DNA of 61,900 nt, taken from positions 1 to 61,900 of the forward strand of contig DATCSF010000047.1 of the NCBI GenBank assembly GCA_036568625.1. Reading direction: 5' to 3'. This document shows positions 1-8,153 of the stretch, one piece after another (within the stretch, counting starts at the first letter, position 1; each line of letters starts with the position of its first letter). A program made the translations under genes and the position numbers. This stretch comes from Rhodanobacteraceae bacterium (lineage in GTDB: Bacteria > Pseudomonadota > Gammaproteobacteria > Xanthomonadales > Rhodanobacteraceae). Below the pieces are notes generated by a model. It worked only from the letters and a program-made list of their open reading frames with translations, searched no databases and was not told the origin of the DNA.

Positions 1-717
1 GGCCTGACCATCACCAGCGGCATGGCCGACGGGATCGATGGCGCTGCCCACGCCGCGGCCTTGGATGCGGACGGTACGACGGTGGCTGTGGTGGGTACCG
101 GTCCTGATCGGGTTTACCCGCGCAAACATCGCGAACTTGCGGACAGAATCGAGCAACATGGCGCCATCGTCAGCGAATTTCCCCCGGGCACCGAAGCGCG
201 GCCCGACCATTTTCCGCGTCGCAATCGGTTGATTGCGGGGCTGGCGTTGGGCACGCTGGTCATCGAGGCCGGGCTGCAGTCGGGCTCGTTGATTACGGCG
301 CGGCTGGCGGCGGAAGCGGGCCGAGAGGTATTCGCGCTGCCGGGTTCCATCCACAACCCACTGGCCAAGGGCTGCCATCGTCTGCTCCGCGATGGCGCGC
401 GGCTGGTCGAGACCGCGGCCGAGGTGATCGAGGCACTGACGCCCGCCGCCCAGGCGCAGGGCGCCGGGCTGCGTGCGCGGCTGGAAGCTGCCGAATTGCC
501 GACGAGCGACGATCGGGCATCCAGAATCCAAGATCCTGATTACGCTTCACTTGTTGCCGCGCTCGGAGACGCGCCGGCGTCGCTGGACGAACTGGCCGAG
601 CGCACCCGGCTGGCGCCCGCGGCGCTGTCCTCGATGCTGCTGTTGCTGGAATTGGAGGGGGTGGTCGCCCCAGCCGTGAACGGGCGCTGGCAACGCATCG
701 TGGGCAGCAAAACTTGA
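1..717 (+). CDS. dprA: DNA-processing protein DprA/Smf, C-terminal part (5' end outside window)
   Basis: The frame is open from nt 1. The translation GLTITSGMADGIDGAAHAAAL...VVGTGPDRVYPRKHRELADRIEQHGAIVSEFPPGT...RRNRLIAGL matches the DprA Rossmann-fold core, followed by a C-terminal winged-helix-like tail. Confidence 0.85.
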   Translation, partial: GLTITSGMADGIDGAAHAAALDADGTTVAVVGTGPDRVYPRKHRELADRIEQHGAIVSEFPPGTEARPDHFPRRNRLIAGLALGTLVIEAGLQSGSLITARLAAEAGREVFALPGSIHNPLAKGCHRLLRDGARLVETAAEVIEALTPAAQAQGAGLRARLEAAELPTSDDRASRIQDPDYASLVAALGDAPASLDELAERTRLAPAALSSMLLLLELEGVVAPAVNGRWQRIVGSKT

Positions 718-787
718 CAGGCCCACCCTGCGCATGCGTTCACTATATATAGGGGGCGGCCCGGCCGCTCGTGGATTTCATTAGGAC

Positions 788-3256
788 ATGGCCAAGAACC
801 TGCTCATCGTCGAATCGCCCGCCAAGGCCAAGACGATCAACAAATACCTGGGCGTCGACTTCAAGGTGCTGGCGTCGTACGGCCACGTCCGCGATCTAAG
901 GCCCAAGGAAGGCGCGGTCGATCCCGACCACGACTTCAGGATGGACTACCAGCTGATCGAGAAGAACGTCCGCCACGTGGACGACATCGCGAAAGCCGCC
1001 AAGGCCGCCGATTCGATTTACCTCGCCACCGACCTTGACCGCGAGGGCGAAGCGATCAGTTGGCACATCAGCGAGATCCTGAAGGAGCGCGGTCTTCTGA
1101 AGGACAAGGAAACCCACCGTGTGGTGTTTTCCGAAATCACGCCGCGCGCGATCAAGGAAGCCGTGGCGCATCCGCGCCGGCTGTCGCACGAGCTGGTCGA
1201 TGCCCAGCAGGCGCGCCGGGCGCTGGATTACCTGGTCGGCTTCAACCTGTCGCCGGTGCTGTGGCACAAGGTGCAGCGCGGACTGTCGGCCGGGCGCGTG
1301 CAATCGCCGGCACTGCGCATGATCGTCGAGCGCGAAGAGGAGATCGAAGCCTTCGTGCCGCGTGAATACTGGACGGTCGAGGCGAAGCTCGCCCACAGGG
1401 ACGGCGAGTTCACCGCGCGGCTGGTCAAGTTCAAGGGCAAGAGGTTCGAACAATTCGATCTCACCAATGCCACCGACGCGCACGCTGCGCGCAACGCATT
1501 GCTGAAAGCCGCCGAGGGCCAACTCGTCGTTGGCGACATCCAGTCGAAGCAGCGCCAGCGGCGCCCGGCCGCGCCATTCACCACGTCCACGCTGCAGCAG
1601 GAAGCCGCGCGCAAGCTCGGCATGGCGACCAGCCGCACCATGCGCATCGCCCAGGGCCTGTACGAGGGCGTGTCGCTGGGCGGCGAGGGCAATGTCGGGC
1701 TGATCACCTACATGCGCACCGACTCCACGCACCTGTCCGGCGAGGCGATTGGTGAATTGCGCCAGGCCATCGAACGCGATTTCGGCAAGCAGGGCCTGCC
1801 CGAGCACGCGATGGTGTACAAGACCAAGTCCAAGAACGCCCAGGAAGCGCACGAGGCGATCCGTCCGACTTCCGCGCTGCGCGCACCCAAATCCGTCGCG
1901 GCGTTCCTGACGCCCGATCAGTTGAAGCTCTACGAACTGATCTGGAAGCGGGCGGTCGCCTGCCAGATGAAACCGGCGACGCTCAATACGGTGTCGGTGG
2001 AGTTCCCGTGCGGCGAGGCGGCTTTCCGCGCCACCGGCACCACCGTGGTCGATCCGGGCTTTCTCGCGGTGTATGAGGAGGGCCGTGACGCGAAGTCCGA
2101 GGAGGACGAGGAAGCGCGCAAGCTGCCCGCGCTGGCGAAAGGCGAGGCGGTGCCGCTCACCGATATCGCGACCGACCAGCACTTCACCGAACCCCCGCCG
2201 CGGTATTCCGAAGCCTCGCTGGTCAAGGCGCTGGAGGAATACGGCATAGGTCGGCCCTCGACCTACGCCAGCATCATCCAGACCTTGCTGTCACGCGAGT
2301 ACGTGATCCTGGATTCGCGCCGCTTCAAGCCCACCGACGTGGGCCGCGCCGTGGCGAAGTTCCTGACCGCGCATTTCAGCCGGTATGTCGACTACGACTT
2401 CACCGCGAAGCTCGAAGACGAACTCGACGCCGTCAGCCGCGGCGAAGAGGAATGGCGCCCGCTGATGGCGGGATTCTGGAAACCGTTCAAGGCGCTGGTC
2501 GACGACAAGATGGAATCGGTCGACCGCTCCGAGGCAACCGGCGCGCGCCTGCTGGGCGACGACCCCAAGACCGGCAAGCCGGTCTCGGTGCGGTTGGGTC
2601 GTTACGGGCCCTACGCGGCGCTCGGCGACAAGGACACCGACGAAAAACTCAAGTTCGCATCGCTCCTGCCCGGTCAGAGCATGCACACCATCACACTGGA
2701 CGAGGCGCTGGAATTGTTCAAGCTGCCGCGCCATCTCGGCCAGGATGCGGACGGCGAGGAAATTTCCGCCGGCATCGGCCGCTTCGGTCCGTTCGTGAAA
2801 CAAGGCAAGCTGTACGCGTCGATCAGGGGTGACGAGAGCGCCTACACCATCACCCTGGAACGGGCGCGCGAACTGATACGCGAGAAGCAGGAGCTGATCG
2901 CCAACCGCGTGATCGCCGACTTCGGCGATGGCATCCAGGTGCTGAATGGCCGCTATGGCCCCTATATCACCGACGGTGAGAAGAACGCGAAGATTCCCAA
3001 GGATCGCGATCCCAAGTCGCTGACGCACGACGAATGCAAGGCGCTGATCGAGGCGGCGCCGGTGCGGCGTGGGCGCGGCGCGTTCAAGAAGGCTGCGGCG
3101 AAAAAAGCGGCGGCGAAGAAAACCACGACAAGAAAAACAGCCGCGAAAAAAACTGCTCCCAGGAAATCGGCAGCGAAGAAGACCGCGACGAAAAAGGCCG
3201 CGCGCGCGAAGGCTTCGTCGGCATCCAGGTCGGAAACTCCGCCGTTCGATGTTTGA
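788..3256 (+). CDS. topA: DNA topoisomerase I with Lys/Ala-rich C-terminal tail
   Basis: 822 aa. It has the N-terminal Toprim motif LLIVESPAKAKTINKYLG and the active-site region YMRTDS. The C-terminus carries AAKK-type basic repeats. Confidence 0.95.
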   Translation: MAKNLLIVESPAKAKTINKYLGVDFKVLASYGHVRDLRPKEGAVDPDHDFRMDYQLIEKNVRHVDDIAKAAKAADSIYLATDLDREGEAISWHISEILKERGLLKDKETHRVVFSEITPRAIKEAVAHPRRLSHELVDAQQARRALDYLVGFNLSPVLWHKVQRGLSAGRVQSPALRMIVEREEEIEAFVPREYWTVEAKLAHRDGEFTARLVKFKGKRFEQFDLTNATDAHAARNALLKAAEGQLVVGDIQSKQRQRRPAAPFTTSTLQQEAARKLGMATSRTMRIAQGLYEGVSLGGEGNVGLITYMRTDSTHLSGEAIGELRQAIERDFGKQGLPEHAMVYKTKSKNAQEAHEAIRPTSALRAPKSVAAFLTPDQLKLYELIWKRAVACQMKPATLNTVSVEFPCGEAAFRATGTTVVDPGFLAVYEEGRDAKSEEDEEARKLPALAKGEAVPLTDIATDQHFTEPPPRYSEASLVKALEEYGIGRPSTYASIIQTLLSREYVILDSRRFKPTDVGRAVAKFLTAHFSRYVDYDFTAKLEDELDAVSRGEEEWRPLMAGFWKPFKALVDDKMESVDRSEATGARLLGDDPKTGKPVSVRLGRYGPYAALGDKDTDEKLKFASLLPGQSMHTITLDEALELFKLPRHLGQDADGEEISAGIGRFGPFVKQGKLYASIRGDESAYTITLERARELIREKQELIANRVIADFGDGIQVLNGRYGPYITDGEKNAKIPKDRDPKSLTHDECKALIEAAPVRRGRGAFKKAAAKKAAAKKTTTRKTAAKKTAPRKSAAKKTATKKAARAKASSASRSETPPFDV

Positions 3257-3259
3257 TCC

Positions 3260-3823
3260 ATGCGCACGTTCGGAATCGAGGAGATCGGAGCTGCGGCGGC
3301 CCTGCTGCGCGCGGGCGGCGTATTGGCGTATCCGACGGAAGGTGTCTACGGGCTCGGTTGCGATCCGGACGACCGCGCCGCGTTCGACCGTATCTTCATG
3401 ATGAAACGACGGCCATCGGAGCAGGGCGTGCTGCTGATCGCGGCCGACTTCGAACAGATCATGCCTTGGATCGGCGATGCATCCGGAGCCGCCTTCGACC
3501 GCGCACGCGCGGCATGGCCCGGCGCGCATACCTTCATCTTTCCGCGCTCGGCCCGGGCGCCGGAATGGATCGCGGGCGGGCACGCCGGCATCGCCCTGCG
3601 CGTCACCGCGCATGCGCCGTCGGCTGCCCTCTGCCGGGCCTTCGGCGGACCGATCGTTTCCACCAGTGCCAATCGCCACGGCGAGCCGCCCGCGTGCAGC
3701 GTTGGCGACATCCGTGCGATTTTCGGTGATGAGGCCGAAGGCGTACTGGATGCCCCGCTGGGCGGCCTGGACCGGCCGACGCGGATTACGGATGCCGTGA
3801 CTGGCGCTATCATTCGCGCGTAG
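3260..3823 (+). CDS. tsaC: L-threonylcarbamoyladenylate synthase, short YrdC/TsaC type
   Basis: 187 aa single YrdC domain with motifs YPTEGVYGLGCD, KRRPSEQGVLLI and STSANRHGEPP. The start lies 4 nt after the topA stop. Confidence 0.85.
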   Translation: MRTFGIEEIGAAAALLRAGGVLAYPTEGVYGLGCDPDDRAAFDRIFMMKRRPSEQGVLLIAADFEQIMPWIGDASGAAFDRARAAWPGAHTFIFPRSARAPEWIAGGHAGIALRVTAHAPSAALCRAFGGPIVSTSANRHGEPPACSVGDIRAIFGDEAEGVLDAPLGGLDRPTRITDAVTGAIIRA

Positions 3824-4002
3824 GAAGCTTTGTGCCGATCTTGCAAAACCATCGCGGGCCGTTTGCCTCTTCTGGTCTAGAGGGCGGCCAAGCCGCTGCG
3901 TGGCGGCGGTTGGGCGTGGGATGTGAAGAAATGAACCCCGTGGTTGCCAAGCGCGGGTCGGCATCGTGTCCAGACGTTTCCTAGGGGACTGGGGAGTTTC
4001 CT

Positions 4003-5361
4003 GTGTCGAGCGTTCATCCGTCACCGCAAAATCCGTCCACGGGACCGTGGCGGAGCCTGCTCGCGGACGCGTCGCCCCGGCGGGTGATCGCGTGGCGTGA
4101 CGGCCGGGCGGTGACAGTCGACCGGTTTCTGGCCGATGTCGGCGCACTGGCCGCGCGTCTGCCGACGGCGCCGGCGGCGGTCAATCTGTGCGAGGACCGT
4201 TACGCGTTCCTCGTCGGGTTCGCCGCATTGCTGGTGCGCGGCCAGACCAATCTTTTGCCGCCTTCGCGCGCCGCGCATGCGATCGATGCGGTGTTGGCAG
4301 CGCATCCGGACAGCTACGCTCTCGGTGATGCCGATCTCGATCCCGCGCCGCCCGGGTACCTGCGTTTTACCGCGGATGCGGGTGACTCCAGCGTGGACTC
4401 GAGGGTGTTGATTGCCGACGGCGCACTGGCGGCGATCGGCTACACCTCGGGTTCCACCGGCGTGCCGCGCGCCAATCCCAAGCGCTGGGACAAGTTCGCG
4501 ATTTCGAACGCCCACAACGACGCGTTGTTGCGCGCGCTGGCCGGCGGCGATTACCACGTGGTGGCGACGGTGCCGCCGCAGCACATGTACGGGATGGAAT
4601 TTTCCGTGCTGCTGCCGTTGTTCGGCCACGCCGCGGTGTGCGCCAGCCGGCCGTTCTTCGCGGCCGACATCGCCGCGAGGCTCGCGAGCCTGCCCGAGCC
4701 CCGCATCCTGGTGACCACGCCCGTGCATCTGCGTGCACTGGTGGACTCGCACCATTCGCTGCCGCCGTTCTCCGGGATCGTGTCGGCTACCGCGCCGTTG
4801 TCGCCGGACCTGGCGTGCGAGGCCGAAGCGCGTTACGGCGCACCGGTGCAGGAAGTGTTTGGTTCCACTGAGACCTGCGTGATCGCGCATCGCCGCGCCG
4901 CACGTGGGGATGCGTGGACGCCGTATGCGGGCGTCACGCTGCATCCCCAACCCGACGGTACGCGCGTGGAGGCGCCGCAGTTGGCGCAGCCCGTGGTGCT
5001 GGCGGACATCGTGGAGTTGCAGGACGACGGCCGCTTTCGCCTGTGCGGGCGCAATACCGATCTGCTGGAAATCGCCGGCAAGCGTGCCTCGCTGGGCGAC
5101 CTCACCCACAAGCTGCTGGCGGTGCCGGGGGTGCGCGATGGCGTGATGTTCCAGATGGACGAGACCGACGCGATGGGCGTGCGGCGCATCGCCGCACTCG
5201 CCGTGGCACCGGGACTCGATGCCGGCACGATCCTCGACGCCTTGCGTTGTGAAATCGACCCGGTGTTCCTGCCGCGTCCACTCAAGCTTGTCGACGCCTT
5301 GCCGCGCAGCGAAACAGGCAAGTTGCCGCGTGCGGCCTTGTTGTCCGCGATGGCCGGGTAA
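4003..5361 (+). CDS. AMP-dependent synthetase/ligase (adenylate-forming enzyme), substrate unknown
   Basis: 452 aa with a GTG start. It has an A3-like motif GYTSGSTGVPRANPKRW, FGSTET, and the C-terminal catalytic-lysine motif SETGKLPR. Confidence 0.75.
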   Translation: MSSVHPSPQNPSTGPWRSLLADASPRRVIAWRDGRAVTVDRFLADVGALAARLPTAPAAVNLCEDRYAFLVGFAALLVRGQTNLLPPSRAAHAIDAVLAAHPDSYALGDADLDPAPPGYLRFTADAGDSSVDSRVLIADGALAAIGYTSGSTGVPRANPKRWDKFAISNAHNDALLRALAGGDYHVVATVPPQHMYGMEFSVLLPLFGHAAVCASRPFFAADIAARLASLPEPRILVTTPVHLRALVDSHHSLPPFSGIVSATAPLSPDLACEAEARYGAPVQEVFGSTETCVIAHRRAARGDAWTPYAGVTLHPQPDGTRVEAPQLAQPVVLADIVELQDDGRFRLCGRNTDLLEIAGKRASLGDLTHKLLAVPGVRDGVMFQMDETDAMGVRRIAALAVAPGLDAGTILDALRCEIDPVFLPRPLKLVDALPRSETGKLPRAALLSAMAG

Positions 5362-5394
5362 AATGCGCGACTCGTTTATTGCGCAATTGCTTCC

Positions 5395-6678
5395 ATGAAA
5401 ATTCTGGTCATCGGCTCTGGCGGGCGCGAGCACGCGCTGGCGTGGAAACTCGCGCAATCGTCTCGCGTGGAGGAGGTGATCGTCGCGCCCGGCAATGCCG
5501 GCACCGCGCGCGAATTGCGCATGCGCAACGTGGACGTCGCTGCGAACGACCTGGATGGATTGCTGCAACTCGCGCAAGGCGAACGCGTCGATTTCACCGT
5601 AGTGGGTCCCGAAGCACCGCTGGTCGCGGGTGTGGTGGACAAGTTCCGCGCCGCAGGGCTTCGCATCTTCGGGCCGACTGCCGCGGCGGCGCAGCTCGAA
5701 GGTTCGAAGGCCTTCACGAAAGATTTTCTTGCGCGTCACGCCATTCCCACCGCGCATTACGCGGTTTTCACCACGCTCGAACCGGCGCTCGCGTATGTGC
5801 ACGAGCACGGCGCGCCCATCGTGATCAAGGCCGATGGCCTTGCCGCCGGCAAGGGCGTTGTAGTTGCCATGACGCTGGCGGAAGCCGAAAGGGCCTTGCG
5901 CGACATGCTGGATGCACACGCGTTCGGCGACGCATCTGCGCGGGTGGTGATCGAGGAGTATCTCGCCGGCGAGGAAGCCAGCTACATCGTGATGGCCGAC
6001 GGCGTGCACGCGCTGCCGATGGCCTCCAGCCAGGACCACAAGCGCGTGGGTGAGGGCGACACCGGGCCCAACACCGGCGGCATGGGTGCGTATTCGCCCG
6101 CGCCGGTGGTGACGCCGGAAATCGAACGCCGCATCCGCAGCGAAATCATCGAGCCAACCTTGCGCGGCATGGCCGGCGAAGGCGCACCGTTCACGGGGTT
6201 CCTTTATGCAGGCCTGATGATCGACAAGACCGGCGCGCCGAAGGTCATCGAATTCAACGTCCGTTTCGGCGACCCCGAGACACAGCCGATCATGCAGCGA
6301 CTGCGGTCGGATTTCGTGGCGCTGATCGAAGCCGCGCTGGACGGCAAGCTCGATCGCGTTGAAGCCATTTGGGATCCGCGCCCATCGCTGGGCGTGGTGG
6401 TGGCCGCGCAGGGCTATCCCGGCAAGGTGGAGAGCGGCAAGGCGATCTCGGGGCTCGATGCCGACTTCGGCACCAATGCGAAGGTCTTCCACGCCGGCAC
6501 CAGGCTCGACGCCAACGGCAGCGTCGTCACTGCAGGTGGTCGTGTGTTGTGCGTGTCTGCACTTGGCGACGATCTGGCGCAGGCCCGCGACCGCGCGTAC
6601 GCCGCGGCCCGCCAGATCCATTTCGACGGTGCTTTCTTCCGGCGCGATATCGGACATCGCGCACTCCCGCGCGCGTGA
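5395..6678 (+). CDS. purD: Phosphoribosylamine--glycine ligase
   Basis: 427 aa. The N-terminus MKILVIGSGGREHALAWKL, an ATP-grasp core and the GPNTGGMGAYSP motif are all present. Confidence 0.95.
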   Translation: MKILVIGSGGREHALAWKLAQSSRVEEVIVAPGNAGTARELRMRNVDVAANDLDGLLQLAQGERVDFTVVGPEAPLVAGVVDKFRAAGLRIFGPTAAAAQLEGSKAFTKDFLARHAIPTAHYAVFTTLEPALAYVHEHGAPIVIKADGLAAGKGVVVAMTLAEAERALRDMLDAHAFGDASARVVIEEYLAGEEASYIVMADGVHALPMASSQDHKRVGEGDTGPNTGGMGAYSPAPVVTPEIERRIRSEIIEPTLRGMAGEGAPFTGFLYAGLMIDKTGAPKVIEFNVRFGDPETQPIMQRLRSDFVALIEAALDGKLDRVEAIWDPRPSLGVVVAAQGYPGKVESGKAISGLDADFGTNAKVFHAGTRLDANGSVVTAGGRVLCVSALGDDLAQARDRAYAAARQIHFDGAFFRRDIGHRALPRA

Positions 6679-6838
6679 CGGGGCTGCCTGTCCCGGGGCG
6701 ACGAACGGGGATTGGTTTGACGAGGGTACCGGGATCGGTGTGCGCTCCGGCATGTGTGCCAAACCTCGCCATCGCCTTGTCCATGAAATTGGCGAGGCCT
6801 GCCCGGACGGCGGGACGCGAAATGACGATTCGTTATGT

Positions 6839-6862
6839 GGACGTATAGACGTCTATATGTCT
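6839..6862. promoter_or_regulatory. Three tandem met-box-like octamers (GGACGTAT AGACGTCT ATATGTCT), candidate repressor operator
   Basis: The central octamer is identical to the E. coli MetJ met-box consensus AGACGTCT, and each flanking octamer matches 6/8. The array ends 1 nt before the predicted -35 of the met operon promoter. Confidence 0.3.
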
Positions 6863-6863
6863 G

Positions 6864-6892
6864 TTGACACGCCGTGCTTCGGTCGCTAGATT
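6864..6892 (+). promoter_or_regulatory. Sigma70-type promoter for the riboswitch-metX-metB-hom transcript
   Basis: TTGACA (6864-6869), a 17-nt spacer, then TAGATT (6887-6892). The riboswitch P1 helix starts about 10 nt downstream. Confidence 0.55.
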
Positions 6893-6902
6893 GAATCCAT
6901 TG

Positions 6903-7017
6903 CTCATCGAGACCGGCTGAGGGACAGGCCCTTGGAAGCCGGGGCAACCCGCAGACCCGCAAGGGTCTGCACGGTGCCAACTCCTGCGGAGGCGCTGCAT
7001 GCCGCCCGAGAGATGAG
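6903..7017 (+). promoter_or_regulatory. SAM-I (S-box) riboswitch aptamer
   Basis: P1 is CTCATC...GATGAG. The conserved core is GAGACCGGCTGAGGGACAGGCCCTTGGAAGCCGGGGCAACC, with a P3 hairpin CCGCAGACCC-GCAA-GGGTCTGCACGG, GTGCCAACTCCTGC, P4, and GAGAGATGAG. A possible terminator/sequestor hairpin lies at 7025-7044, followed by a T-rich tract. Confidence 0.85.
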
Positions 7018-7090
7018 TCGCGCAATCCCGCTTTGCCGCGGGATCGACGGCTGTTTCCGGTTTTCCGCAAGACTCGATGCCCGATGTTCG

Positions 7091-8152
7091 ATGCTCGATG
7101 TCGTTCGGAGTACCGTCATGAGTCTCGCCGCCGTCCCCGAATTCGCCGAGCCGCAAGCCGGAGATACGTCGCGTGCCTTGCGAAGCCGTGCGCGTTTTAC
7201 CTGTCTGCGTGGCAGTCGCCGCGTCCGCATCGTTCCCCGCTACGGGCGCGGGGCGATCGATGCCAATGTGCGTTATTTGTGGGCGGGGGTACCGGGCGCG
7301 CCCACGGTCATCGTGCAGGGCGGCATCTCGGCCGACCGCGACGCGTGCAGCACCGGTGAACACCCGGCGCCCGGCTGGTGGGAAGCACTGGTGGGCGTCG
7401 ATCGCGCGATCGACCTCGGTCGCCTGCGTGTGCTGGCGATCGACTGGCTGGATGCGGAGGGCTTGGGCGCGCCATCGATTTCCACCGCCGACCAGGCCGA
7501 TGCGCTGGCGGCGCTGCTGGATGCGCTGGGTCTGGTGCGCGTCGAGGCCTTCGTCGGCGCGTCCTACGGCGCGATGGTCGGGCTTGCATTCGCTGCGCGT
7601 CACGCGGCGCGCTTGTCCAGACTTGTCTTGCTTGCGGGCGCGCACCGGCCGCATCCGCTCGCGACCGCACAGCGCGCGGTGCAGCGTGGCATCGTCAAGC
7701 TCGGCCTCGACAACGGCTGCGTGGCCGAGGCGCTGTCACTCGCCCGGCAGCTCGCGTTGACCACCTATCGCAGCGGTGAGGAAATCGGGCGCCGCTTCGC
7801 CGGCGGCGTCGAATGCCGCGACGGCGAGTTTCGCCTGCCGGTTCAGGATTGGCTGGAACACCACGGCCGCCGCTTCGGTGCGCACTTCGGCGCGCAGCGT
7901 TATCTCGCGTTGTCGGAATCGATCGACTTGCACGACGTCGACCCGGAATCGGTGCACACGCCCACCGCGCTGATCGGCTTCGCCAGCGATCGGCTGGTGC
8001 CGCTCGCGGACCTGTGCGAATTGCAGCAGCGCCTCGGTGCGCCGGCCAGCCTCGAGGTGATCGAGACGCCATACGGCCATGACGGTTTCCTGAAGGAACA
8101 CGAACGCCTCGCGCCCTTGCTGCGCGAGGCCCTGAACGATTGTGGAGCATGA
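7091..8152 (+). CDS. metX: Homoserine O-acyltransferase MetX (acetyl versus succinyl specificity not decidable from sequence)
   Basis: Alpha/beta-hydrolase MetX family (GASYGAMVGLAF nucleophile elbow, YGHDGFL near the C-terminus). The track ORF start at 6932 overlaps the riboswitch, so I chose the ATG at 7091 (alternative 7118). Confidence 0.88.
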   Translation: MLDVVRSTVMSLAAVPEFAEPQAGDTSRALRSRARFTCLRGSRRVRIVPRYGRGAIDANVRYLWAGVPGAPTVIVQGGISADRDACSTGEHPAPGWWEALVGVDRAIDLGRLRVLAIDWLDAEGLGAPSISTADQADALAALLDALGLVRVEAFVGASYGAMVGLAFAARHAARLSRLVLLAGAHRPHPLATAQRAVQRGIVKLGLDNGCVAEALSLARQLALTTYRSGEEIGRRFAGGVECRDGEFRLPVQDWLEHHGRRFGAHFGAQRYLALSESIDLHDVDPESVHTPTALIGFASDRLVPLADLCELQQRLGAPASLEVIETPYGHDGFLKEHERLAPLLREALNDCGA

Positions 8153-8153
8153 C

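Noticed and set aside
3823-4003. Weak resemblance of the tsaC 3' region (AGCTTTGTGCCGATC..., ..AGCCGCTGCG) to the stop-abutting element.
   Set aside because: Only short, gapped matches are present and the orientation is ambiguous. This is not enough to call a fourth copy.
6932-7090. The upstream extension of the metX ORF as given in the track.
   Set aside because: The extension runs through the SAM-I aptamer, and its translation has no MetX similarity. An internal ATG at 7091 or 7118 was chosen instead.
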